Below are positions 26,633 through 38,023 of a stretch of DNA of 64,000 nt, piece after piece; position 1 is the first letter of the stretch; the number at the start of each line of letters is the position of its first letter. The DNA lies in contig CAZIPM010000001.1 of assembly GCA_964541395.1 (NCBI GenBank), positions 3,833-67,832 on the forward strand. Reading direction: 5' to 3'. The translations under genes and the position numbers were made by a program. The notes under the pieces are model-generated. The model searched no databases. It saw only the letters and a program-made list of their open reading frames with translations, and was not told where the DNA came from. Origin of the DNA: an uncultured Gammaproteobacteria bacterium (GTDB lineage Bacteria > Patescibacteriota > Microgenomatia > UBA8517).

Positions 26633-28113
26633 TCAAAAAAGCCGGGCAAAATAAAATAATAACTTTTATCAAAAACAACTGGCCGTTGCTCATAATTTTA
26701 TTAATAGGAGCATTTTTGCGGCTTTATAGAATAGGGGAGTATATGACTTTTTTAGGAGATGAAGGCAGAGATGCAATTATAGTCAGAAGGTTATTGGTTT
26801 ATGGAGATCCGATACTAATAGGACCAGGCACTTCTGTCGGGAGTATGTATTTGGGTCCTTTATATTACTATTTTATGGCTCCTTTTCTTTTTCTGTCTAA
26901 TTTTTCTCCCATTGGGCCCGCTATCGGAGTTACTTTGTTGGGAGTAGCCACAATATATCTGGTTTATCTTTCCGGTAAAAACTGGTTTTCAAAAAAAGTT
27001 GGGTTAATCTCTGCCGTTCTTTTTGCCACAGCACCCGTGGTTATTATTTATTCCAGATCTTCCTGGAATCCAAACATCATGCCTTTTTTTGCACTCTTAT
27101 CTATTTATTCAATTTGGAAAGTATTTAAAGAAAAAAAGTATAAATGGCTTTTAATTACTGCTGTTTCATTTGCCTTTGTAATGCAGTCACACTACTTAGG
27201 TCTACTTCTGGCGCCTGTTCTTATTGTTTTTTGGTTATTAGCCAAAGTACCTTTAAAATATACTTTTTTTTCGTTGGCTCTATTTTTATTTCTAATGTCA
27301 CCACTATTAATTTTTGATATTCGTCACAATTACATCAATACAAATGCTTTATATAAATTTTTTACAGTCAGACAAGAAACAATTTCCATACGACCTTGGA
27401 ACGCAATTCCGAAAAGTTATCCCATTTTCGAACAAATAAACACAAGCTTATTATCTGCGAATAACCTACTGGTAGGTAAATATATAACAATTGCAATTAC
27501 CCTTTTTATTATTTGGGTTTTTGCCTTCAAAAAGAAAAATATTTTGGGTCCTAATTACTATTTACTTATATTATGGTTGGCATTTTCTTTGATTGGTTTT
27601 GGACTGTATAAACAACACATCTATGATCACTATTTCGGATTTCTTTTTCCTGTATCGTTTATTTTAACGGCACTTTTATTGCAGGAAATATTAAAAAGTA
27701 AATTAAAATATATAGGTACAATTGCACTTTTATTTTTAGTTTTCAATAATTTATCAAAAAGTCCCATCAGATCTAGTCCCAATAAACAGATGCAAAGAGC
27801 AGAAATGGTGGCTGAAAAAATAAAGATAGAATCAAATGGAGAACCTCTTAATTTGGCTGTTTTGGCAGAGAGAAACTATGAAGACGGTTATCAATATTTT
27901 TTGGAAAAAGACAATGTTAAAGTTGTGGAAATTGATGCCCAGATAGAGGAAAGTGTCGTGGATCAGTTGTTTGTTGCCTGTGAACTATCGCTTGAAAAAT
28001 GCGACCCAACTCATTCTCCCAAAACTGAAGTTGCCAATTTCGGTTGGAGTAAAATCGAAAATCAATGGGAGGTAGATGGAGTATTTGTCTTTAAACTGAT
28101 ACACTCACAATAA
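26629..28113 (+). CDS. GT-C (ArnT/PMT-like) glycosyltransferase
   Basis: FLGDEGRD, GPGTS...LGPLYYY, SRSSWNPN, multi-TM. Confidence 0.85.
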   Translation: MIKKAGQNKIITFIKNNWPLLIILLIGAFLRLYRIGEYMTFLGDEGRDAIIVRRLLVYGDPILIGPGTSVGSMYLGPLYYYFMAPFLFLSNFSPIGPAIGVTLLGVATIYLVYLSGKNWFSKKVGLISAVLFATAPVVIIYSRSSWNPNIMPFFALLSIYSIWKVFKEKKYKWLLITAVSFAFVMQSHYLGLLLAPVLIVFWLLAKVPLKYTFFSLALFLFLMSPLLIFDIRHNYINTNALYKFFTVRQETISIRPWNAIPKSYPIFEQINTSLLSANNLLVGKYITIAITLFIIWVFAFKKKNILGPNYYLLILWLAFSLIGFGLYKQHIYDHYFGFLFPVSFILTALLLQEILKSKLKYIGTIALLFLVFNNLSKSPIRSSPNKQMQRAEMVAEKIKIESNGEPLNLAVLAERNYEDGYQYFLEKDNVKVVEIDAQIEESVVDQLFVACELSLEKCDPTHSPKTEVANFGWSKIENQWEVDGVFVFKLIHSQ

Positions 28114-28115
28114 AC

Positions 28116-29114
28116 ATGAATTACCCACAATCTCAACTTATTTTAGATGAAATTAAAAAAGCAAATAAAATTCTTCTGAATTGTCACAGAAATCCCGATC
28201 CCGACTCAATTGGAAGTGCTTTGGCAGTTAAGTGCGTATTAAAAGAAATGGGAAAGGAAACAACGGTTGTTTGTCCCACTGATGAACTTTACGAAAATGT
28301 AAATTTTCTAAAAGGGTATGATGAGATAAAAATAAATTTTAATTTTAAGGCAGCTGATTATTCACTTTATGATTTGTTTATAGTAGTCGATTCAGCCAGC
28401 TGGTCTCAAGTAAGCGGGTTTAACAATCCCAATATTGAAGCGGAAAAACTGATAGTGATAGATCATCATTTAACCAACGAAGGATTTGGCAATATTAATT
28501 TAGTAGATAGTGATGTAACATCGACCGCTGAGATTTTATATTCGATATTTGAAGATTGGGGAGTTAAATTGGATAGTGAAACCGCTGATTGTTTGATGGC
28601 AGGAATTGTTGGTGATACAGGTGCTTTTAGATATCCCGGAGCTGGACAACGAACTTTTTTTATTGCTGGTAAACTTATGGAATTAGGGGCAGATAAGGAT
28701 AGAGCAATCCATCAGCTATACAGAAGTGAACCATATGAACTTATTAAGTTTTATGGTGAAGTATTGTCTAAAGTCGAAATTGACCGCGATAGGCGATTTG
28801 TTTGGGCCGCGATCTCATATGAAACTTATGAAAAGTTGGGAAAGCCAGTCATGGCTAAAGAATCATCCGCCTCGATGTTTACTCAAGTCGTTAAAGGAAC
28901 TGATTTTGGTTTTGTTGCTTTGGAACAGGAAAAAAACAAACTTTCCATAAGTTTAAGATCCAGAAACGGTTTTGATACATCTAAAATTGCCGTCGAATTG
29001 GGTGGAGGTGGTCATATATACGCTTCAGGAGCAAGAATAGATTTGCCATTTGAGCAAGCCGTAGAAAAACTACTACAAACTGTCAGGAGAATCGCCGATG
29101 AAAACAAGTCTTAA
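28116..29114 (+). CDS. nrnA: DHH/DHHA1 phosphoesterase (NrnA-like)
   Basis: HRNPDPDSIGS, IDHH, GDTGAF, SLRS, GGGGH. Confidence 0.88.
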   Translation: MNYPQSQLILDEIKKANKILLNCHRNPDPDSIGSALAVKCVLKEMGKETTVVCPTDELYENVNFLKGYDEIKINFNFKAADYSLYDLFIVVDSASWSQVSGFNNPNIEAEKLIVIDHHLTNEGFGNINLVDSDVTSTAEILYSIFEDWGVKLDSETADCLMAGIVGDTGAFRYPGAGQRTFFIAGKLMELGADKDRAIHQLYRSEPYELIKFYGEVLSKVEIDRDRRFVWAAISYETYEKLGKPVMAKESSASMFTQVVKGTDFGFVALEQEKNKLSISLRSRNGFDTSKIAVELGGGGHIYASGARIDLPFEQAVEKLLQTVRRIADENKS

Positions 29115-30597
29115 AAAAAAACTTTCTTCATTTGAAAAACTTACAAACCGATGGAATTTACTTATTTTAATAATTCTTTTAGTAGCTTTAATTTTAAGGA
29201 TTTATAGGATAGGGGAAATACTTGATTTTCATTATGACCAAGGTAGAGATGCAATGGTTATTTGGAATTTATGGCATCAGGGAAAACTATTTCTGATAGG
29301 ACCGGTAACCGGTCTTCCAGGAATATTTCTTGGACCTTTTTATTATTATCTCATTGCGCCTTTTTATTTAATATCAGGAGGTAATCCTGCAATTCCTTCC
29401 ATATTTTTATCCGTTTTGGTTGTCACATCACTTTATATTTTGTATTTGACGGGAAAGGAGATAGGAGGTAAAAAACTTGGCTTGATAGCACTTTTGATTG
29501 GAGTCTTTTCCTATTACTTAATTATGTCATCCAGATGGCTTTCTAATCCAACTCCGATATATTTAACCTCAATTTTAATATTTTATTTCTTTGTCAAAAT
29601 AATAAGGTCTAAAACACCCAATCCTATTTGCTGGTACCTTGCATACCTATTGGTAGGAGTGTCTTTGCATTTTGAATCCGCCAGTGCTGCATTTTATATT
29701 CCGGCTCTTTTGGCTTTTACGGTTTGGAACAGAAAGAAAATGACTTTTAAAAGTCATATAATTTCAAGTCTATTATTATTTTTTACATTTATACCTCAAC
29801 TTATATTTAATTTTAGACACGACAATATTCTTTTAAATAATTTAATTACGGAATTCTCTGGAAGACAAAACTTTCCTTCTGATTTTACGATTCAAATAAT
29901 TTCAAGATTTAAAACTTTCTGGGATGTGTTTTCAAATAAAATATTTTATTCAAATAGACTAATAGCTGGTATTTTTAGTATTATCTCAGCGACAGGACTG
30001 TACTTATATTCAAAAGATGAAGAAAATAAAAATCTTTTAAAACTTTTTTTACTGTTTTTGGGAATTTCGGCAATCTGTTATTTAATTTACCAGGGAAACT
30101 ACGGTAATTTATATGATTATTATTTTACCGGTTACTATCTGATTCTTATTCTTTTGTTTTCTGTTGGGCTTTGGAGAATTGCACAGTTAAGAAGATTTGG
30201 AAATATAATCCTGATCTCTTTTTTTATTTTATTTTCATTCTTTAATCTACCTCCGACTATTAATAAATTAACGGACGGAGTTTATGAAGGAAACAATATT
30301 TATTTAACAACCCAGTTATCGGCAATAAGTTGGATATATGAAGATACCAAGGAAATTCCATTTAATGTTGATATTTATGTCCCTCCGGTAATACCATATT
30401 CATATGATTATTTATTTATATATGTTGGAGATAAAAGGTCGCAAAATTTGACCAAAAGGTTATATACTCTATATGAGATTGATCCACCTCATCCGGAAAG
30501 GTTGGAGGCATGGCTCAAGAGGCAGGAAGGAATAGGAACGGTTCAATCGGAGATGAAATTCGGCGGTATTGTAGTTCAAAAAAGAGAAAGAAAATAA
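29098..30597 (+). CDS. GT-C (ArnT/PMT-like) glycosyltransferase
   Basis: FHYDQGRD, GPVTG...LGPFYYY, multi-TM. Confidence 0.85.
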   Translation: MKTSLKKKLSSFEKLTNRWNLLILIILLVALILRIYRIGEILDFHYDQGRDAMVIWNLWHQGKLFLIGPVTGLPGIFLGPFYYYLIAPFYLISGGNPAIPSIFLSVLVVTSLYILYLTGKEIGGKKLGLIALLIGVFSYYLIMSSRWLSNPTPIYLTSILIFYFFVKIIRSKTPNPICWYLAYLLVGVSLHFESASAAFYIPALLAFTVWNRKKMTFKSHIISSLLLFFTFIPQLIFNFRHDNILLNNLITEFSGRQNFPSDFTIQIISRFKTFWDVFSNKIFYSNRLIAGIFSIISATGLYLYSKDEENKNLLKLFLLFLGISAICYLIYQGNYGNLYDYYFTGYYLILILLFSVGLWRIAQLRRFGNIILISFFILFSFFNLPPTINKLTDGVYEGNNIYLTTQLSAISWIYEDTKEIPFNVDIYVPPVIPYSYDYLFIYVGDKRSQNLTKRLYTLYEIDPPHPERLEAWLKRQEGIGTVQSEMKFGGIVVQKRERK

Positions 30598-30603
30598 TTA
30601 ATA

Positions 30604-31350
30604 ATGAAACCATATTTAAGTATAGTCATTCCTTCATATAACGAGGAAAACAACGTCAGAACCGGTGCATTATCCGGTATGGTTGATTATCTGAAAGAAC
30701 AACCATATTCCTGGGAAATGGTGGTAGTTGATGACGGATCAACTGACCAGACGGGTGATTTAGCCGAGAAATTTGCTAAAAACCATGAAAATGTCAGAGT
30801 ATTAAGGGAACCACATCGGGGAAAAGGAGGGGCGGTAATTGCAGGCATGTTACAAGCCAAGGGAGAAATAGTTGTGTTTGATGACATGGATCAGGCTACC
30901 CCGATTGACCAATTAGAAAGGGTGTTACCCAAATTTACCGAAGGATACGATGTGGTTATAGGATCACGAATTGGACGTGAAGGGGCTCCTTTAATAAGAA
31001 AAACAATGGCTTATGGCTATGCAATTTTGCGGAACATTGTACTGCAGTTACCCTTTAAAGATACTCAATGTGGATTTAAAGCTTTTTCCAAGTCGGCTTC
31101 AGATAGGATATTTAAGCGACTTCAAATTTTTAAAGAAAGCCAGAAATCAGAAGGAGCTTCTGTCTCCGCCGGATTTGATTTAGAAATACTTTACGTTGCC
31201 AGAAAATTAAATTTAAAAATATGCGAAGTTTCTGTTGTTTGGCATCACAAAGAAGGTACTAAAGTAAATCCCATAAAAGACTCTTGGGAAGGACTTAGAG
31301 ATTTGATCAAAGTCAGGATTAACGCGATTCAAGGAAAGTATAAAGTGTAA
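30604..31350 (+). CDS. GT2 polyprenol-phosphate glucosyltransferase (ALG5-like)
   Basis: PSYNEE, DDGSTD, GKGGAV, DMDQATP, DTQCGFK, FDLEIL. Confidence 0.88.
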   Translation: MKPYLSIVIPSYNEENNVRTGALSGMVDYLKEQPYSWEMVVVDDGSTDQTGDLAEKFAKNHENVRVLREPHRGKGGAVIAGMLQAKGEIVVFDDMDQATPIDQLERVLPKFTEGYDVVIGSRIGREGAPLIRKTMAYGYAILRNIVLQLPFKDTQCGFKAFSKSASDRIFKRLQIFKESQKSEGASVSAGFDLEILYVARKLNLKICEVSVVWHHKEGTKVNPIKDSWEGLRDLIKVRINAIQGKYKV

Positions 31351-31359
31351 GAACAAAAA

Positions 31360-32079
31360 TTGATTAAACTTAATCAAATAAAAGATAAATTATCTAATAA
31401 GGGAAAGTATTGGATTGCGTTTACCGGTGATTCTATAACCTCGACTGAGTGGGTCCATCCAAACTGGAGAGAAATTATCCAGTATGTCTTGCAGGAGGAA
31501 ATGACTAGTTTATTACACGGTGACTGGAAAACTTCGGAGTGGGGAATTAAAGGTTTTAATTTCGGATATGACGGTTCAACTACAAAAGATATTTTAAATA
31601 AAGTAGACTCAATAAAAATAATAAACCCAGATTTAGTTATTGGATTGATGGGAGGAAATGATGCTCCTTTGGGAGTAAGTGTTTCTGAAAGCGTTGAAAA
31701 TATTTCCAAAATAGTCGAAAAATTAAATACTGAAGTTGTTTGGTGTAATTCTACTCCAGCTGGATTCGGATCTAATAAAAATGCAGAATATAAACCTTAT
31801 GCAAAGGCGTTTATGGAAATGAATCAAATGAAAAATCTTCAAAAAATAAATATGTTTGAAGTGTATCAAAAATATCCCACCGAACAATTCTTCACTTTTG
31901 TTTCGGAAGAAAATATTGTTGAAGGAGTTAAAGAGGGAGAGACAGATTTAATTCATCCAAACCAATTGGGGAATGCATATATTGCAAAGATTATATTAAA
32001 CGAAGTATTTGATATTGAATTTGATCCGCAAGGATACTGGCAAAGTACGTTACAAGGTGAAAAATACCCAAAATACTAA
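31360..32079 (+). CDS. SGNH/GDSL hydrolase
   Basis: FTGDSIT, GGND, DLIHPN. Confidence 0.88.
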   Translation: MIKLNQIKDKLSNKGKYWIAFTGDSITSTEWVHPNWREIIQYVLQEEMTSLLHGDWKTSEWGIKGFNFGYDGSTTKDILNKVDSIKIINPDLVIGLMGGNDAPLGVSVSESVENISKIVEKLNTEVVWCNSTPAGFGSNKNAEYKPYAKAFMEMNQMKNLQKINMFEVYQKYPTEQFFTFVSEENIVEGVKEGETDLIHPNQLGNAYIAKIILNEVFDIEFDPQGYWQSTLQGEKYPKY

Positions 32080-32099
32080 TAAAGTAATAAACTATTTAA

Positions 32100-33608
32100 A
32101 TGATGAAGTATTGGAATGAATGGAGATGGTGGATAATAAGTTTAATTGGTATTTTGATTTTGGCCTTTTTTGTTAGGTACATAAATCTGACTTCATTACC
32201 AATATTTGCAGACGAAGCAATATATATCAGATGGGCACAGGTAATGAGGGCAGAATCTACATTAAGGTTTTTACCACTATCAGACGGAAAACAACCTCTT
32301 TTTATGTGGTTGATAATTCCTTTTTTAAAAATAATAAATGATCCGTTGATAGCTGGTCGAATGACATCCGTTTTTTCAGGATTGGGAACAATAGTTGGAA
32401 TATTTATTGCCAGTTATCTGCTTTTTAGTTCCAAAAAAATTGCATTGATCTCGGCGTTTGTTTATACTCTCGTTCCCTTTGCCGTTTTTTTTGAAAGAAT
32501 GGCTTTGTCGGATTCTCTATTAACAATGTTTGGTGTCTGGGTATTTACTGTGGGAATTCTATTGGTAAAAACCTTACGGCTTGATGTGGCTATGATTCTT
32601 GGGTTTGCATTAGGAGGTGCTCTTTTGACAAAATCTCCGGCATTATATTTTTCTCTTCTTTTACCTATATTATTAATTTTATTAAAAAATAAGAGAGAGA
32701 TCGTAAGGTATTTAATCCTATTAATTCCCACTTATATAATCGGTTACGGAATGTACAATATCTTAAGATTAGGACCTAATTTTCATTTATTAGCCAGTAG
32801 AAATATGGATTATGTCTGGCCTCTTAGTCACATATTAACGTCTCCATTTGATCCGTTCAAACCGTTTTTGAACAGAAGTCGCCAATTTTATTGGATAATG
32901 GGAACAGCTGGATTGTTTGCATCTTTTCTTTTGGCTTACTATGCAAATTATAAAACTAAGACAAAAGAATTGTTGATTCTAACCATATGGTTTCTATTTC
33001 CGATCTTGGTCTCTTCCGAATTCAGTAAGACAATGACGGCCAGATACGTATTTTTCAGTCTACCTTATTTTGTAATAATTGCATCTTCCTTCTTTTTAAC
33101 AAAAATAAAATGGTTCAAATTCGATATTTATATTTTGGGTTCCCTGTTTTTAATACAAAGTCTTGTTTTTCATTATAATCTGATTTCCAATCCGACAAAC
33201 GCATTTTTACCCAGAAGTGAACGGTCAGGATATTTAGAAGAATGGACAGCGGGGCAGGGCATCAGAGAAATTGCTAAATTTTTAAATGATGAAAGTAAAA
33301 ATAATCCTAATACAAATATAATTGTCGGAACTGAAGGATATTTTGGGACATTACCGGACGGGTTGCAAATTTATTTTGATAAAAATCCTAAAATAAACGT
33401 AATTGGAATAGGTTTGGAATTGGATAAAATCCCTGCATCTTTGGTATCTGCAAAAAAAGCCGGTAATAAGGTTTATTTAATGGCCAACAACGAAAGAATG
33501 AATACAGATTTTGATAAGCTGAATACCAAAAAAATAGGGGAGTATCCAAAAGAAACCAGACCCAATGGAACTATGCAGTCGCTTATGTTTTATGAAATTT
33601 TAAAATGA
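32100..33608 (+). CDS. GT-C (PMT_2-like) glycosyltransferase
   Basis: PIFADEAIY, DGKQPLF, ERMALSD, LTK, multi-TM. Confidence 0.85.
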   Translation: MMKYWNEWRWWIISLIGILILAFFVRYINLTSLPIFADEAIYIRWAQVMRAESTLRFLPLSDGKQPLFMWLIIPFLKIINDPLIAGRMTSVFSGLGTIVGIFIASYLLFSSKKIALISAFVYTLVPFAVFFERMALSDSLLTMFGVWVFTVGILLVKTLRLDVAMILGFALGGALLTKSPALYFSLLLPILLILLKNKREIVRYLILLIPTYIIGYGMYNILRLGPNFHLLASRNMDYVWPLSHILTSPFDPFKPFLNRSRQFYWIMGTAGLFASFLLAYYANYKTKTKELLILTIWFLFPILVSSEFSKTMTARYVFFSLPYFVIIASSFFLTKIKWFKFDIYILGSLFLIQSLVFHYNLISNPTNAFLPRSERSGYLEEWTAGQGIREIAKFLNDESKNNPNTNIIVGTEGYFGTLPDGLQIYFDKNPKINVIGIGLELDKIPASLVSAKKAGNKVYLMANNERMNTDFDKLNTKKIGEYPKETRPNGTMQSLMFYEILK

Positions 33609-34993
33609 AAATAAAAGTTCCAAAAATATTTCGAAATATAAATTTTTGGGTGATTGCCATTCTTCTTTTGGGAGCATTTCTTCGATTTTATAATTTAGGG
33701 ACGAGGACGTATTTTGATGCCGATCAGGAATGGATGGCATTTAGATCCAGAGATTTATTAAATGGTGATTTGGCACTCATAGGACCTGTTACCTCTATTG
33801 GTTCATTTTCAATTGGTCCAGGATTTATTTATTTAAATAGCATATTCAGTTTTATATTTTCCAAAAATCCGATTTCGGGGAGCATTTTATCTGTATTGTT
33901 GGGGCTTTTAACTTGTTTGTCTTTGTATCTGTTTGCAAAAAATTTTGTCAATCAAAAATTTGCTTTGATATTATTGTTTTTAGTTTCCACCTCCTGGATG
34001 TTTATTAATTGGGACCAAATCCCGTGGACTCCCTCACTATTTTACCTGGCTCAGGTAATCGTTTTGGCAGGTGCTTATCTGGCATCAATTAAAAAAGATT
34101 TTGGGTGGGTACTTTTAACATTTGGTTTTGTAGTAGGTTTTCAGGCACACGTGGGAATTATAATTAGTATTTTTTGTGCATTTATATACTTGTTCATTAC
34201 AAGGTCCAAAATTCCTAAAATTAAATATGTCATTTATAGTATTGTTGTTTTACTATTCGGACTTCTTCCCAACATTGTTTTTGATGTTTTTAACAATTTT
34301 GTAAATTTTCAAAGATTTATGTCAATATTTTCAGATACTAATAATAACTATCTAAGTTTTTCAAAGGTGATTGGGGCTATGGCCAGATCTACTTCTTCAA
34401 TTATTTACCCGAGGCAGATTAATGCTATTGATACTGTTATTACCAGAGTCATACTAGCGGCAGCAATTGCTAATGGTTTGTCAATGCTTTTTGATAAAAA
34501 ACTAAGGAAATTGTCGCTTCTTTTTTTAATTACTGCAATTGTTCCCCCTGCACTGTTTTATTTACAGCAGGGTAAATTTTCGGAATATTACATCATGATG
34601 AGTGTGCCTTCTCTTCTTTTTCTAACGATGTTTCTGGTATATAAAGTCTTTAGTAACAAGTATCTTTTGTTTGTAATTTTATTGGTTACCACAATTATAA
34701 ATTATACATATTGGAAAAAACTGGACAGGAACTTAACTCTCCAGCACAAAATAAATATTGTAAGCAAAATTGTTGAAATGGGGGGAAAGGAGGGATATGG
34801 TGTTTCTTTGACAACAGCTCCTGGTATGAATTTTGGCTATAATTATTTATTTGATTATTACAAAGCAAAACCTAACCTCCCTCCTCTTAAAGATCAGAAA
34901 AAGATTTTTACAATTTTGGTGCCTGATGGGTTTGACGGAATACAGGGAATCAAAGATTTTGGTGGAATTGGGCTATTGTGGCAGGGGATTTGA
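33605..34993 (+). CDS. GT-C (ArnT/PMT-like) glycosyltransferase
   Basis: FDADQE, GPVTS...IGPGFIY, paralog of 26629 and 29098. Confidence 0.82.
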   Translation: MKIKVPKIFRNINFWVIAILLLGAFLRFYNLGTRTYFDADQEWMAFRSRDLLNGDLALIGPVTSIGSFSIGPGFIYLNSIFSFIFSKNPISGSILSVLLGLLTCLSLYLFAKNFVNQKFALILLFLVSTSWMFINWDQIPWTPSLFYLAQVIVLAGAYLASIKKDFGWVLLTFGFVVGFQAHVGIIISIFCAFIYLFITRSKIPKIKYVIYSIVVLLFGLLPNIVFDVFNNFVNFQRFMSIFSDTNNNYLSFSKVIGAMARSTSSIIYPRQINAIDTVITRVILAAAIANGLSMLFDKKLRKLSLLFLITAIVPPALFYLQQGKFSEYYIMMSVPSLLFLTMFLVYKVFSNKYLLFVILLVTTIINYTYWKKLDRNLTLQHKINIVSKIVEMGGKEGYGVSLTTAPGMNFGYNYLFDYYKAKPNLPPLKDQKKIFTILVPDGFDGIQGIKDFGGIGLLWQGI

Positions 34994-35009
34994 TTTAACT
35001 ATTTAAATT

Positions 35010-35282
35010 ATGGCAGAAATAGATTTACTTGGAAGATATGTTGTGACCGTGACTACTATGGATTTATATGAAAATTTACCACTCCCTGCATTTATTAAAA
35101 GTAAATTGATTAAAAGATCAGAAGATCCCAATACTGAAGTTATAGTCTATGGTTCATATGACGACGCCCTAAAAACTGCTGAAAATGAAACATGTGATAG
35201 ATACATACCTGTAAACGGTAGGCCAACTGCTTCAAAAGGTCAAGTTACCTCGTTTGAACCATACGGTAAAATACACTACTAA
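35010..35282 (+). CDS. Hypothetical protein
   Basis: 90-aa ORF filling an intergenic gap. Confidence 0.55.
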   Translation: MAEIDLLGRYVVTVTTMDLYENLPLPAFIKSKLIKRSEDPNTEVIVYGSYDDALKTAENETCDRYIPVNGRPTASKGQVTSFEPYGKIHY

Positions 35283-35321
35283 TCATTTATTGTTTAATAG
35301 AATTTTGATAAGATTATATTT

Positions 35322-37076
35322 GTGAAATTTCTGAAAGCACTTTCTAAAAAAGAGAATTTTTGGCCTTTACTTCTGGTAATGATAGCTGGGATTTTAGCGT
35401 CGCGCACTCTTATTTTTCAGAAAGGTTACTTTAATATGCATGATGACTTGCAGATGATGAGGCAGCTTCAGATGGAGAAGTGCTTTTTAGATCTCCAAAT
35501 TCCCTGCAGATGGGTGCCTGATATGGGTTATGGTTTTGGATTTCCTCTTTTCAATTTTTATCCACCTCTCCCCTATCTGATAGGGGAGTTGTTTAGACTT
35601 ATTGGTTTATCATTTGTGGTTACTGCTAAATTAACATTTGCCCTGTCATTTATTGTCAGTGGGGTAGGGATGTACTACTTGGCCAAAGAGTTTTTTGGCC
35701 GTGTCGGAGGAATTGTGTCCGCTATCTTTTACGTTTGGGCACCTTATCATGCTGTAGATGTCTACGTCAGAGGAGCCATGAATGAATCTTGGGGTTTGGT
35801 CTTTTTTCCTTTTATCTTCTACTTTGGTTACAAACTTATATCTGAAAAAAAGAATATTAATAAATGGCTGATTGGCTTGATGCTTGCCTATTTTGGACTG
35901 TTTACGTCGCACAATCTAATGATACTGATCTTTACCCCTGTCTTTATTTTTTGGTCTTTGATGTGGATGAAACTCAAAAACTCTTGGAATAGAATCCCCC
36001 ATTTGGCTTTAGCAGGAATTGGATCTTTGGGTCTTTCTGCTTATTTTACGATTCCTGCAATAGCAGAGAATAAACTTACTTGGCTTAAGTCCCAGCTAAT
36101 TGGTTACTATGATTACACGGCTCATTTTGTAACCCTTAAACAACTTTTGATCTCCAGGTTTTGGGATTATGGACCCTCAGTCTGGTTGGAGTATGACAGG
36201 ATGTCTTTTCAAGCAGGTCATGTTCACTGGCTTTTATCGTTAGTTATTTTTGCATTAGTTTTGGCTGCAATTTTGAAAAACAGAAAGAAAGGTAAAAAAT
36301 TAAAGATAGATTCAGCCTATTTGATTATTATCTTTCTTTTTGTAATAGGTTGGATTGCTGCGTTTATGACACATGTCAGATCAACCCCTATTTATCAGGC
36401 TATACCGATTTTGGCTCTGGTACAGTTCTCCTGGAGATTTTTGACTTTGGTTACATTTGCTTTTTCTTTCATGGCAGGAGCGGTTGTGCTATTCATAAAC
36501 AAACTTGGAAATAAATACTTAATTTTGATTACTTCTGCACTTACAGTAGGACTAATTATTTTCAATTGGAATTACTTTTTACCTGAACATGGCAAAATGG
36601 GAAAACTTACTGATCAGGATAAATTCAGCGCAGCCGCCTGGGATCTGCAACAGACTGCAGGTATATATGATTACCTTCCAGGTACAGCCAAGGAGGCTCC
36701 AAAAGGTCCTCAAAAGGTCTTAGCAGAAATCATGGCAGGTGGCGGAAATGCTGCCAAAAGGCAGGATCAGGTTTCAAAAATGGAACAGGGAACAGATTGG
36801 GCAAGGTTTAGTGTAAATTCCGATAAACCTTTAAAAATAAGAATTGGAATTTTCCAATTTCCAAATTGGGAAGTAACTGTAGATGATAAAAAAATAGAGA
36901 CTTTTATGCCTGTTGAAGAAAGATGGGGAAGAATGTGGATTGAAGTACCAGAAGGAGAACATGTGGTAGTTGCAGAGTTCAAAGATACTCCAATCAGAAC
37001 CTTTTCTAATATTTTGTCGTTGCTATCTTGGTTGGGATTAGTAGGGTATTTAATTGCGATCAAAAAGAAGAAATGA
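35322..37076 (+). CDS. GT-C membrane protein (PTPS-related/YfhO-like)
   Basis: [45 protein letters not shown]. Confidence 0.8.
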   Translation: MKFLKALSKKENFWPLLLVMIAGILASRTLIFQKGYFNMHDDLQMMRQLQMEKCFLDLQIPCRWVPDMGYGFGFPLFNFYPPLPYLIGELFRLIGLSFVVTAKLTFALSFIVSGVGMYYLAKEFFGRVGGIVSAIFYVWAPYHAVDVYVRGAMNESWGLVFFPFIFYFGYKLISEKKNINKWLIGLMLAYFGLFTSHNLMILIFTPVFIFWSLMWMKLKNSWNRIPHLALAGIGSLGLSAYFTIPAIAENKLTWLKSQLIGYYDYTAHFVTLKQLLISRFWDYGPSVWLEYDRMSFQAGHVHWLLSLVIFALVLAAILKNRKKGKKLKIDSAYLIIIFLFVIGWIAAFMTHVRSTPIYQAIPILALVQFSWRFLTLVTFAFSFMAGAVVLFINKLGNKYLILITSALTVGLIIFNWNYFLPEHGKMGKLTDQDKFSAAAWDLQQTAGIYDYLPGTAKEAPKGPQKVLAEIMAGGGNAAKRQDQVSKMEQGTDWARFSVNSDKPLKIRIGIFQFPNWEVTVDDKKIETFMPVEERWGRMWIEVPEGEHVVVAEFKDTPIRTFSNILSLLSWLGLVGYLIAIKKKK

Positions 37077-37612
37077 AACTGACTTTTTTGACTGGTAACA
37101 AAGGTAAATTTGAAGAAGCTTCAAAAATTATTCCAGGTTTGCTACAAAACGACAATGATTTGCCAGAAATACAAAGTTTAGATTCCCATGATGTTATTAG
37201 CTCAAAACTTGAGTGGGCTAGGAATAATACAAAAGGATTCATAATTGTTGAAGATGGTTCATTAAGTATTGACTGCTTAAATGGATTACCAGGACCATTA
37301 ATAAAATGGTTTTCTAAGGCACTTGGGAATGAAGGTATTTATAATATTGTCAGTAAATTTGATAACCCAAACGCCCAGGCAAAAGTTGTTGTTGGCCTTT
37401 TGGAAGATCACAGTAAAATCAGTTATTTCGAAGGTGTTGTTAAGGGTAGAATTGTTGCACCTCGCGGAGAACAGGGTTTTGGCTGGGATCCAATATTCCA
37501 ACCTAATGGGTATGAAAAAACATTTGCCGAAATGGATCAGAACGAAAAAAACATTATAAGTATGCGAAAAATTGCACTTGAGAAATTAAATAGTTATTTA
37601 AAAATTTTGTAA
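37073..37612 (+). CDS. rdgB: Non-canonical purine NTP pyrophosphatase (Ham1/ITPase)
   Basis: [43 protein letters not shown] overlap with the upstream gene. Confidence 0.88.
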   Translation: MKLTFLTGNKGKFEEASKIIPGLLQNDNDLPEIQSLDSHDVISSKLEWARNNTKGFIIVEDGSLSIDCLNGLPGPLIKWFSKALGNEGIYNIVSKFDNPNAQAKVVVGLLEDHSKISYFEGVVKGRIVAPRGEQGFGWDPIFQPNGYEKTFAEMDQNEKNIISMRKIALEKLNSYLKIL

Positions 37613-37620
37613 AAATGAAT

Positions 37621-37968
37621 CTACCTACGATTGATTTTTATGGATGATTCAATGTGGGGAATATGTTCTATTATTTGATCATCTGCAAAAATTCTAACTA
37701 TTAGAGTTCCACTTCCGTTTTGGGTAACTGACTTAATGGGGGCTAAAAGCGACTCCCCGTCTCCATCTGGAAACTCGAGAAGCGGTGTTTGATTATTAAG
37801 CACAACTTCCTTTACTTGTTGTGCACGAGTTGAGGCTAATGTTTCTATTTCCAACTCTATTCCAAAAGTTCGAGGACCCAACTTGTCAAAACAAATAACT
37901 TCATCAGAATTTACCCTTAATGTTTTTACTCCGGTTTTTCCTGCAAAAAAGAATCTTTTTCCCTCCAT
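37621..37968 (-). CDS. Hypothetical protein
   Basis: 115-aa ORF with TATAAT 6 nt upstream of ATG. Confidence 0.6.
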   Translation of the reverse strand: MEGKRFFFAGKTGVKTLRVNSDEVICFDKLGPRTFGIELEIETLASTRAQQVKEVVLNNQTPLLEFPDGDGESLLAPIKSVTQNGSGTLIVRIFADDQIIEHIPHIESSIKINRR

Positions 37969-38023
37969 ATAGTAATTATAGGGTATAAATTAGATTAATT
38001 CAAAAAAATGTTACAATTTAAGA

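Noticed and set aside
28116-37612. nrnA and Ham1 as dedicated parts of the glycosylation system
   Set aside because: Ordinary housekeeping enzymes. Interspersion is expected in compact genomes and nothing in the sequence links them functionally
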